A stretch of DNA of 63,530 nucleotides, filler included, from Sphaeroforma arctica JP610 (Eukaryota), in assembly GCF_001186125.1 (NCBI RefSeq). It is 6 parts of 2 records of this genome, joined end to end, with 100 filler letters (N's around TTAATTAATTAA, not from the genome) between each part and the next. Parts side by side here need not be neighbours in the genome. Positions count along the whole stretch, not along the records: positions 26,274 to 42,977 come from NW_014040550.1; positions 43,078 to 48,781 come from NW_014040550.1; positions 48,882 to 53,029 come from NW_014040550.1; 3 more parts are not named here. One strand, given 5' to 3'. The position numbers and the translations under genes are program-made. This document shows positions 31,701 to 49,215 of the stretch, piece by piece. Within the stretch, counting starts at the first letter, position 1. Each line of letters starts with the position of its first letter. Under the pieces are notes generated by a model that saw only the letters and a list, made by a program, of their open reading frames with translations, searched no databases and was not told where the DNA came from.

Positions 31701-34700
31701 GCTGTAGTTTTTACTTTTGGGGAATTTAAATTTTTTTTTGTTAAACTTGTTTCGTACAACTAATATCAAAACTGACGGTATTTTGAGATTCAAAATTAGA
31801 TATATGAACACCAATTCTTGCCGTTGTATTCGTCCATTGTCACCATTGGCCTGACTTATTTGCGTACGATGACTCAATAGATGCAATCGGCCATCACGGG
31901 GAAGATGCGAATAGCGACACCGCCCGTCTCCTCCCCACCAATGACGAAAGCGCAAGCACAGAGATTTCAGATCTAGCGGCTGCAAATAGCGCTTCTGAGC
32001 CAGCCCCAACTGCTACAAGTCCTGGTACGTTCTATGTGTTTGACTGGGTGTGACTTGCATACGCATGTATATTATCTCCTCTATGACCACAGCAATGAAA
32101 TAAGACCTGTCATCAACGAACAACAGAGCAAATCCCTGGTGCCCGTTGTTACTCGTCATTGCACCTCTATGGCATGTGTGCATAGATGTAATCATATCAT
32201 GCAAATGTATTTATCACCGTGGATTACGCATATCTCACACAACTATACGCACGCGTTGCATTTTTCACATACGGATACAAGTGGAAGCCACATAAAACAC
32301 TAGAGCTAGGCGGAACAGGCATGCACTCACAATACAAGACAACAGAGCTTATGCAGCACGCCAACATACATGTATGTAGTAGGTCGCATATATGAATACA
32401 AAAGAGACGAGAGCGAGGCACCGGAAACGTAGACCTAGACGTATACCTGTATACAAATAGGCCATTTATCATAGATTCAGTTTATGGACTATAGGGCATG
32501 CTTGACCAGCACATCATCTCCTATCCGCTTTTAGTGCCGCGATACACGTGCAGACTTAAGAGTGCGACCATATATGCACATAAAAACCATAGTACACGCT
32601 CAACCAACAATAATTGTTAGGCGTATATTTAGTGGAATTAACGAACATACGTATGGAGCACACCTACGTCATCTCGTATGCAATGTTTTGTCAAATATAG
32701 ATGCAGTGGACGCCACAAACGTATAGATAGTGATACATCACGTCACCTCATGTATGTTGTATTTATCACGTACACATGCAGTAGTGCATTCCACATATTA
32801 ATGTATAGAGCACCCAGAAATAGATTCATCCATCACGTCACCTCATATACAATGTATTCGTCACGTGTAGATATAACAGAAGCCATAGGGAATCAACTCA
32901 CATGCGTTGAATCTGTTACGTGTAGATGCAGTGAACACCACAGACGAAGCACGAGCTAGGCGGCGGAGGCGACGACGCAGGCGGCGCGAGCTGGAAGAAG
33001 CCAGGCAGAACATGCAGCAGGAGCAGGATGAGGGCGTCAAGCTGGGTTTAGGGGACTTCATATTTTATAGGTCTGTGCGGTGATGGGATCTTTTGATATG
33101 AAATATAGCGCAAAGCTGCGCGTAGGTGACTCAATATTCATTAGTGTTGTTGTGTGGTGGAGAGTGAGTGTTACGGGATACATTTGTGAGTGGTGGTGTG
33201 GCAGCTGTATGGGGAGGCTTGTAGCCAGTATAAAGCAGTCGCATGTTTATTTTTGTCACGTAGGGATGGGCGACTTCGGAGTGTGTGGTCGCCGGTACAT
33301 AATTTGCGACATAGTTTATAGTATGGACAACAAGGCGGAGTCATCTGAAGAAATGGCTGTTTATATATTCATCTGGTTGTGATACAATTTATGACTGTGT
33401 TGCCTGTACGTGTATTTATGGTCTATCTACACCAGCGAGTCGCGTTCTGCTCCATTGCGAACGAGACGATACAGTCAGTCATGACCAACGCAGATCTGTA
33501 CCTTGATATGTACACTGTATGGTCTGCCACCGTGTAGCACCGCAGTGTTTCCTTGCTATGCGATTATGGCTTGATAGATAGGTATAAGTTCTTCTGTATC
33601 ACTTTTGTATTCTAATTCACGTTTTGCGTATTTTGTTCCAAGTAGTGCATTATTTTGGCGCCCATTTCCCCCCACTACATCCACCATGGAACGTCTTCTC
33701 GGAAATGCACCTCTTAGTATTTTATCTGTCCTTGAGTTACGTTCCTGCATAGTTCAACACATGTAATGATTGACGTTTGTCCCATCTTTACCCACCACGT
33801 CCACCTTGTAGCGTTTTGATCGGAAAGGCAGCAGAGGGGCCGAGCCTAACAGTTACCGTGGCTTGCTTCTATGCCATTCTGGCGGTGAGTTCATAACCTG
33901 CTGCATTGCCGTACTAGTATTTTTGATTTTAATGTCTACTAACCCGTGAGAAACCATATCGCGTTTTCTTCAAAAAAGCCATTGTTGGCGATATTCTACG
34001 ATATCCAGTCTGCGCTCTATGATGAATCTGAAAATGTGATCTCAATACTCAGATACACCATCGGTATCACTACCCTGTATTCGTGCAATGCAAGTGTATG
34101 ATATAATCCTGAGATCATATCCGTGTGTTCGACAATCAAGTTCACCCAGTAGTTTCGCGATGTGTATGTATGTGAAGGTGCACATGTGACAGCCCGCGAG
34201 TGATTAGCAGGTCAAAGCCCAAAGTGGTAGCTTAGTAGAACTAGCAGTACTTACTGTACTCTTATCGTGAGTTTTCATTTATTAGGGTTACTTTTCTATT
34301 ACACCTGTTATATTTATAATAGCTTCACATTTCAGGATGCATGCTGTAATGCAAGTGATTAGCAGGCTCGCGAAAGGCTTTATGACGATGGCCTTTTTGT
34401 AACCAACTCGAGAGAAGGATGGCACGTGTCTGCAGAGGCTCTGCATATACACATCGAAAATTTGCGCCTAGGTGCTGCTAGAAGCTAATTTGCCGCGTCG
34501 AAATGCGGGTTGGCACCTATATCTTGGTGTTATCTACTTACTGTTTGATTGTTAAATTAATGTCTGCGCTGACTTCAGCCATGTTTATCCCCTTTATATG
34601 ATTATAAAATCAGCTTCACACCTTGAAAATATCTTCAACTACACTTTGTTCTCCTGACGAGCCTTTGCCTGTTATTATCCAGAGCCTTTGCCTGTTATCA

Positions 34701-35143
34701 TCCAGAGCCTTTGCCTGTTATCACTCTATTATGTCAAACAGGACTTTGATCCATACTCTGAATGTAAACACACAATCTAGCATGTCAGTCAATTTGAACA
34801 CACTCTCACTTACGTTGCCAGGGTCTCTGCTAAACATTGCCTTCCCCGCTGAATGTTGGTTGCACGCCATATTGGGATATAGAATGCTCATCTGATTGTA
34901 GCAATTATCTATAATACATATATCCTGGTATACACCCAAACCAGCATATATCTCACATTTCACGCACTCTCACTCGTACATACCCAGGGTCTCTGCATAA
35001 CATTGTTTATTCTGCTGATTGTTGGGAAGGCTCTGCCGGCGTTGCCTATCTCCATTGGTCTCGGATTGTTCTTCTACTGCACGACGGATCTGATGATTGT
35101 TCCTATGTTGGATGCACTGGGCCAGTCAGGACTCAGAACATAA
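25701..35143 (+). CDS. PSEN: Presenilin (gamma-secretase catalytic subunit, GxGD aspartyl protease), multi-exon
   Basis: GT-AG exons: 27052-27158, 27762-27916, 28763-28858, 29437-29556, 30165-30363 ([16 protein letters not shown]), 31224-31380 ([11 protein letters not shown]), 31881-32024, 32926-33070 ([13 protein letters not shown]), 33812-33884, 34988-35143 ([10 protein letters not shown]). The first exon 25701-~25790 is tentative because its phase is unresolved and a gap lies downstream. Confidence 0.93.
26174..26273. other. Artificial 100-nt scaffold spacer N44-TTAATTAATTAA-N44 (also at ~42978, 48782, 53030, 58862)
   Basis: Identical six-frame-stop linker in the middle of fixed-length N runs. 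Confidence 0.95.
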
Positions 35144-35993
35144 ACACTTGGCGAACATAGTGTATTTGAATCACTGTAGTTCAGAAACCGAAACAAAAGT
35201 GGTATATGGTAACAATCTGTTCGTATGACAGGTCTGGAGACTGGATGTGAATGTGAAAAAGACTATTATAGAAGATTAGAGAATAAAAAATGGAGTACAA
35301 CCTGAACAACAGGAGACAGGAGCGAGCTAGCCCATGTAAAGTGGTGATAGAACCCGATCAGGCAAGCTACTCAATCATCGTTCAGGAATGTATCTGATAT
35401 CGAGTATCAGAAAATTGAGATTGATCGTAACGGGAACATAATTTTTATTTCAAGGTAGTCACCACTTTCCATAATCAATTTGCATAGCGAATGGGTTATA
35501 AACGAACCAGGGAAGTTTTTAAGCGAAAACCAGGACGACATACATATAATACATGTAAGGAGTGCATCTTTGTTTAAGACTTGGATTTAAAAAGTATTTA
35601 GGAAAATGCCGAAAACAGTCAGCTTTTGAGATTTTAAAAAGTTCTGTACTCACACGTCACGCTCATCACGACGACCGGGCTCTCGAGAATCAAAAGCACA
35701 CACCCTATGTAATAAATTGCCACGGCAAAACGATAGCCGAGGAGTGGCAAATCGTATTTATATACGACATTCTCGCGCACGCAACTAAGTCACTACGGTG
35801 CTCACCAGCCTTATCAGATCAGTGCTATATGCGAAACGAATCGGTTGGGCTTACACATGCACAACGACGGATACAGAACCCAGAAGCTCGCTTGAATGCA
35901 CCAAAAATTCGCTTTAGTTTTATTATACAATCAGAGAAATTTCTAATGATCCGAACTGCCGGGATCGAATAGATAGCATGGCACAGTCTTCCT

Positions 35994-41432
<5,439 letters not shown>

Positions 41433-43321
41433 ACTGCGCTATTGTATATCAACTAAATGGAGTGCTAACGACAATCAGGATACAAAATAGGATAATGCAC
41501 ACAGACTCTATAGTAGAAGGGTATTGGAAGTATGGCTCGTCGCTTTTTAGAATTTTAGGCCAAACCGAGCTATATTTATTTTTACTATATATGTGTCATC
41601 AATTTTATTTAAATACAATAAGAAGGCATCACAGCAGTCTTAAACAGTGTCACTTGAGAGAGTTCAGAGTAGAGAGAGAGTTAGATAGAGAGATAGAGAG
41701 AGAGAGAGCGAGAGTGAGATAGATAGAGAGATAGAGAGAGAGAAAGCGAGAGAGAGGGGCCAGAGGGCTCACCGGCTCAGGCCCTCAGGGAGCCAGAGAC
41801 TGGAGTCTGATGAGAGAGGTCAGACACTGACAGACAGAGAGTCTCTCACATCTCTCTCTCTGAGAGAGTTCAGAGTCCAGACTGTCGTTAGCCATAAGGA
41901 CCATAGTGTTCGAAAGAATCCTACAAATTATAACCCTAAAACCCAAGGGCGGATACTTCAGTTTTGGCGGTCGCATTGTCGCACGTGAATCTGTGGTCTT
42001 AATATTTTTAGGGGAGGCGTCGCCACTATGGAATCTGGTCTGAAATTGTCGCAAATTCATGGCTCGTCAGGGTGATCTATTACCACTTGTTGAATGGATC
42101 TATGTTGTTTTATACTTCATGTAAATACACAGATATTTATTTATATAAATGTATGCAAGATATAGCTTATACAATGAATCTGCTGACAATAGTATAAGCT
42201 ATTCGGTCTATGTAATCGGGAACTTCCGAAGTGTGGGATACAATAGCATTTGACAATCGGAATACTACACACTAGAAAGGTCCAGTAGATGACCACATTT
42301 TCGGCGTATCTCGTCTATGATCGACGCCTAGTTACACTTTTCATGATGAGTTTCGCTTTAAGTTCACGGAGACCCGCACTCCAAGCCCTGCAATCTAACA
42401 CACCCACCCACACACACACATACACTGATATGTTCACACGGGGTAGATTATACACAAACAAAAGTATGTCCACATCAGCAAGTGGAGTTCAAAAGTTCAT
42501 GACTATGCGAATGTATTCTGAGCAATCACGTACAAGTGTGTGTACTCGACCGATTATGAGGTGTATGCACAACGATGCACATAAAAAGGATACAGAAGGG
42601 ATGGAACAATTACCACAGACAGATATAATGGAGGAGGACAAAAAAAGACAGAGTATATCCCCGAAAACGAAATTCAGCGATCTGAAAGTGGCATCCAATA
42701 TCTACACCAAACTACGTAAGCGCTTGGTTTATAATGTTTGACTTTAAATGTCTGCATTCTTATCCTAAGTAGATAGATGCTATACTTTGCTGGATTGGAT
42801 TTGTGAACCTGCCAATGCTTCGACAATATTCAGTTTTGTGCGCCGAAAATGGTTGCATACTCCCACATCGACATACATATGAGACCATGTATATATAGAG
42901 ATATACATGGAATGTATATAGATCAACAGGCATATCATATGTATACCTAGTTTACACACACACACACACACACACACNNNNNNNNNNNNNNNNNNNNNNN
43001 NNNNNNNNNNNNNNNNNNNNNTTAATTAATTAANNNNNNNNNNNNNNNNNNNNNNNNNNNNNNNNNNNNNNNNNNNNTCAATATATACATACATATATAT
43101 ATATATATATGACAGTGAAATTGATTTTGGTTAGCTCGGTGCTTTCAGGACCACGCGCTCTGTTGAGTAAACCACGCACGAACACTAGTCACAAGTAACG
43201 CACCTATGTGCATCAGATCAATCGTCACTTATGATATATAAAAAATATATGCACAGAAACATTCCATGCAAGTATCTCAAAAACCATAAATGATATCTTA
43301 ATCAGAGAAATATACACATAC

Positions 43322-43521
43322 CTCCTCATTATGATGAGGCAGATCGGCTGTTTCAAGCGCTATTGATATGTCAGTACTGGCGGATCCCGAGTACGTAGCA
43401 TTCGGTCGCAGTTTATTTGCATCAAACGGTACGTTTTGCGTAGCAAAAGCAAAGTGGTCTGGATTGGCGTCAATGCCACTGAGGGTCTGCTCCAGTTTTT
43501 GTTTTGTTTTTGTTATGGTTG
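43322..43521 (-). CDS. Possible exon of an unidentified gene
   Basis: Open frame MATITKTKQKLEQ...HHNEE ends at a GTATGT donor. No recognisable motif, and downstream exons were not resolved. Confidence 0.3.
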
Positions 43522-44805
43522 CCATCTTCACATCATCACTAACTTTCCCCTTGTCGTCGACACACATCAGCGTACTTGGACTATTGATTAACTATTTATA
43601 CTATTTATAGAGAAAATTCCGTACTGGGAACCACTGTAAAACCCGCGGGAGAATAGTGTGTGAGCACGTGTACTGTGCTGTAAAACCAATCTAACTTTGA
43701 ATCGTGCGTGTACAAGTCTGTGTATAACTCATAATTTGCATATAGTGTTCTAACTTGCTCATGTATGCGTTATATCTATCCCAGGCCTTGGCGACAACGC
43801 AAATGGGTGCGAATTAATATAGCTGTATATGATTCTACGTCTATTTATCAACTGACTCCTTCGCACAGCCATATCACGGTGGCGAAAGTCTCTTATTTCT
43901 GTCCGCACACCACACTTCAATTTATTCGGTTAGTTCACTAAGTGTGCGCTTACTGTAGGGACCTGGCTGTGACACACGTATTTACATGTACTGCATACTG
44001 CGTGTTGCTGTCAGTAATAAATAGTGGGATCGGCTATTACTATCACATAGCCCTCTTTGTTCACTGTTCAGATGGGTAAGCTACTATTCTTCGTAGTAAT
44101 TTTTTTAATATTATTTATTTATAGCCGCATTTTTATTTTTATGTATTTTTTCTTGTTGATATAATAATAATATGTTTGACAAATTGTATAAACAATAAAA
44201 AACAAAAATGCCCTAAAAATATCTTTGCCTCCTTTTCTAAAAATCAGATACATATTTACTTCACATTTTTGGTTTTTGGTTAATCTTTGTGTATTTTTGT
44301 AAAAAAAATTATTTGTAAATACTAGGCGGTTCGGATGGGTTACTTTGGTTTAGAGACATCATGTGGTCCAAAATCAAGAGTGGGGGGGACTGTAACGACT
44401 AATAACTTTGACAGAAACCATAGAATGATACGTCATTAGTACGGGTTTTTTTTTTGCTTTGAAATTCTTTTCAGCTAATAGCTACGCAAGGGGCACAGTC
44501 ATCACTTCACAAATATATGTACGAATGCTAAATATTTAGGTCAATATTGAACCAAAAGTCTGAAAAATGCACTCAAATATATAAGTCCTTAAACGCCTAT
44601 GTCTAAAATCCAGGGGGCGGGGGGGGGGGGTCTCTATCCCAAAGTAGCACATCCGAACTGCCTTACTGTATTGTACAGTCGAAGTGTATTTTTATGTGTG
44701 ACAGTATTTATTCTCAAAAAAAAACCACGCGAGTCAGGCCGCCACTCAGTGACTCGGGCGTCACGCGCGCTCGAGAGACCGAGACTCAGCCACATATTTT
44801 AAGGT

Positions 44806-45330
44806 GGGTCTTTTTTAATATTTTAAAAAATAAACGGGATCAGAAGTTTGTAACAAATATTTGATTCTGATTTCGATCACAGAAAGTAAATACGACTCTC
44901 GAGTCTCGAGTTTCGAGTGCAAGAATTTAGGTCTGCGGGCAATTCTGAGTGCAATTATTTTACGTACATTTCAGAGAAGTTTGAGAGAAGTGACTCATCA
45001 TTTCACTGAAAGAAACCAGGAGTCCAGGAGCCCGGACCCAGGACCCAGGGTCCCAGGTGGAATTTAGAGTTGTTTATTAAAATCAGAAACGATTACCGAA
45101 AAATGTGCTAAATACCCCGTAAAATATGCTTCTGAAATCTGAATACGTAATTCTGATTTTGAACCAAAATTTTACACGAGAACAATTTTTGTTCTCGATA
45201 TATTTTCCTTGTTCAGAAAAAAAAGTCATTTCTACATATTTGAAAAAATATATATGAGAATTGTTGCCCCCCCATCTGATTCTGAACGTTCAAAATCAGA
45301 AATTTCTGATCCCGTTAAAAAAAAAGACAC
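44806..45330. mobile_element. MITE-like non-autonomous element with terminal inverted repeats
   Basis: Perfect 13-bp IR AACGGGATCAGAA (44833-44845) / TTCTGATCCCGTT (45304-45316), flanked by GTCTTTTTT / AAAAAAGAC. Several internal AAAATCAGAA/TTCTGATTTT motifs. Confidence 0.6.
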
Positions 45331-46387
45331 GCTGCGGCCTGCTCGACGCAGGTTGAAATGAAGAGGCGCGTTCAGTGTTCTCTGTATTTATGTAGTACAC
45401 GTCCTGAATCAGTCTGAATCGTTAAAAACGGATACGATTTGTTTTTTTATGAAAACGAGTTTAATTTTTTCTTCTTCTTCACAATTTTGCACTTCTTGAG
45501 GGCCTAAATATTTATTTACACCTATTTCTTTCAAAAAGACTGTATTTAAATAGCGAGCTGAAGTCGGGTATATATTTCTTTGCCGAAAAAAATATGATAA
45601 TGAGTATCCTACTATCCTTGAAATCATGCACCATATAAATTTTCATAGGGCTATATATTTATATTTTTACATTCCATAGCCACAGGAGTTAACAGTGAAC
45701 ACTTTTAGTTTGTGGCTTTTAAAAAAAACAAAAAACAAAAAGAGTGAAAAAGACCGAATATTTAAGGGATTGTGTATATGTATACGGCACCCGTGACTAC
45801 TAGGTCCCGCCCCAGGCCCGCCACTGCCACCCGGCCCGGTGCACAGGGTCGGTAAGTCAGTATATGTAGGAGTGTATGTATGCAGTATGACTCGCCTACT
45901 CGGTATGCGTGTGCGGATTGGAGTATGCTTGACACTCCATTGAACTTGTTCACGAATCAATACAAATATTTAGTTTAAGAATGTTGAGAACGTAGCTAAT
46001 TTTAATTTGCATATGAATAGAAAATGTATTGTGCGCCACTTTCACTACAGCGGAGTGGCTGTAGACTGTAGACTTGCAGTGCACTGAGTGCAGTCACTGC
46101 AGTGTATGCTACTCTACTCTCTACAAGTAGTAGAGAGAGACTGTAGGAGTCTCTAGAGCATCCTATTAAATCATATAAGGTACATACGCACAAGAAGGGT
46201 ATGGATAGTTGGGTACGCGCAAGATTAGGTACTACCGTACGGGCGTACGCCGTACGGTACTATGTAAAACAGTGAGTATTTATAACAATAGTCGTAAATA
46301 CCGTAAAGCTATAAATCTACCACTACCTATTTAGTAGTATGAGAGTGTAAACTCACTGTAAAGTCGGTACTTTGTAGTCATATTTGT

Positions 46388-46620
46388 GTACACACATATA
46401 CACACACACACACACACGTGTACACACACGCACACACATGTGTACACACACGCACACACATGTACACACACACACGTGTACACACGCACACACACGTGTA
46501 CACACACACACGTGTACACACGCACACACGTGTACACACACACACACGTGTACACACACACACACACATAAACACGCACAAACACACGCACGTGCACACA
46601 CACTCATACATACACACACA
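46388..46620. repeat. Compound (CA)n/GTGTA microsatellite
   Basis: Directly visible. Confidence 0.95.
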
Positions 46621-47582
46621 AATAGTACTGTACAACAAAGTCGTTCTCTGTTTCAACTTTTTCAGATTGAATAATAATAAATAAGCGTTTCCATTCAACT
46701 TTTATAATATACATAAAATAACAGCGAGGAAGTCTTGTGATGAAATGTGAAGCGTAAAGTGTGAACTGTAAATTCTCTGGACTGCGAACTTCTCTCTCTC
46801 TTAGTCTCTTATACTCTCTCTTCTCTTGTGTTGTATTGTGTGTGTGGGACTGTGTGTGCGCACGTGAGCCATGAGCCCGTGACTGCTTGACTGCGTGTGT
46901 GTGAACTTCTGTTTGTGTTAAATGTATCTATTTTAGTGCAGACGGTGAGCCGGTGAGCCGTTGCCCGTGAGACTGGGTGAGAGTACATACGAACGGAAAT
47001 ATGTCGTACATTCTAGTATCAGATTCAACCCCCGAGAGAGAGAGAGAGAGTGATTGTCACTGATTGAGTGATCGAGTCGAAGACTTTAAAGAGTCGAAGT
47101 GTGAAATTGTTTTTATATATAAAACTTTTGTTTGTTGTATTTTATGTAAAATTACAATTGCTCTTATACATATAAAATAAAACTGTAAATATATACATAA
47201 AACATAAAAAAAACTAAAAGTGCCGGTCAAGCCTATTGGAGGTATTTAGAAATAATCCGAACACGAGTTCTAGTCCTCAAAGCTGGTCCAAAAACCAAAC
47301 AAATGCGACCCCGGCCGAATATATTAGGACTGTAAGGATGAGTTTGAGACGCCACTACCCAGATTAGCCCCAGAAGCCCGAGACGAAAGAATTAAAGAAA
47401 CAACCTCCATGATGTGGCCCCATCCCCCAGGCCCCAGCAGTGATTCCATCCTTAGCAGACAAGCCGTGATATATTGGTATAAATGTCATTTTTCATTTCA
47501 TTGTTTTTTTGTAAAACATAAGAAAAAAACTAGCTCTATATGTACTACTCTCTCTCTCGACTACGCTCATGAGTAGAGAGAG

Positions 47583-47614
<32 letters not shown>

Positions 47615-48733
47615 CTAAATATTTATAAAAAGTAGAGTAGAGTAGCTTTTAAAAGAACCGGGGTCTCGAGAAGAGACCCTATGTACTTCATGGTGATAAG
47701 GCACACACTAATATTGGCTCAAATCGGGATTTCTCGACGGTTTTGAGCTTCCCGCGTCGTCCTGAAAAATGTGAGCTGGTCAATTTATTTACTAGTAGCA
47801 CCATTATTTTGAAACTTGACCTGGCAGATTTTGGACGAATTTTGCAATATGCCCAAAATGTACCCTTTTGACCTATATAATGGTGTTACTGTGCTCTGAG
47901 AGTCTCAAACTCATCGGATTTGAACTCCCCGTGTCCGTGTCAAGAACCAAACGGACATTTGTCCTCAGGAATTTCTGACGGACAGAAATTTTGGTTATTT
48001 CGGCCCAAATGGGTGATTGTGGTCTCATATAGACCTCAGACATGACCCCACAGGCCCACAGCCCCACACCAAATAAATTTGAAAAAAAACTGTCTATTGC
48101 ATTTTTGGTATAGCTCTCAGAATATGGAGGAGCATACCGTCCAAATCTCTGAAAATTCGTGGCCTCGCGGGCTCGCGAGTCGCGGCTGTCGCCCAAAGCC
48201 GAAGAGGCAGAGTGGCAGGCTGTGCACCTAAGGCGGCTTTCGTAAATGTGGACGGATTTATGAGGCGTGTTGTGAATACAAATAGAATAAACTGCATTCC
48301 ATGTACTATTTAGTGGTTCTGAACTCAAGTTGGGATGATGTTGTTTAGAGGATTCTATGCAAAAAGGCCTTCATGGCAAGCGGCATTATCAGCGGTCACC
48401 TCCACTCAGCGCCGCATTTCATCTAGAGTCTATCAAGTTGAAAAAACCGCATCGATATCTAGCAGAAATAAGTATGTGGACATATTGCATATAGGAGTTG
48501 ACTTAAACAGTTTTGATATTGGGTATGACGATGTCATCTGCAATCGCATAAAGGGCGACACTCTGTGGTAGTAATGTATAGCGTTCATTCTTGTTGGTTG
48601 ATTGGAGAACATTTACAACCTTTCCACACAAGTCTCACAAAATGGTATGAACGTGACTTCTATTAATATGCATGTCAGTATATATCGAACATGAATACAT
48701 TTCCTTTGTCTATAGGGATGAATACAGTCAGCC

Positions 48734-48781
<48 letters not shown>

Positions 48782-48910
48782 NNNNNNNNNNNNNNNNNNN
48801 NNNNNNNNNNNNNNNNNNNNNNNNNTTAATTAATTAANNNNNNNNNNNNNNNNNNNNNNNNNNNNNNNNNNNNNNNNNNNNATATATATGTATATATATA
48901 TATATATATC

Positions 48911-48942
<32 letters not shown>

Positions 48943-49215
48943 GAGTGCTGCAAGTCTGTATCTAGTGTCGCACAGATCCCAAATATAGATTCACCGCCAC
49001 TCTGTCTCGTTATCATGGACAGATTCCAAATAACTTCAAAAGATGTTAACTTCATTCAAAACAGTGCCAGAGTGGTGTACGAGCAAGTTGTTTAATTAAT
49101 TTGGTAACACAATGTATAGCTATACACATACATCCATGCTATTCTGCAGGTACACATATATATATATACTAATGCAGTGATGGGCAGCGGTGCGTGGTAA
49201 TCGCTCACTATATCG

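Noticed and set aside
46331..46698. His/Thr- or Cys/Val-rich ORFs (also 1-70, 14262-14531, 56600-56930, 63000-63400)
   Set aside because: Translations of dinucleotide microsatellites
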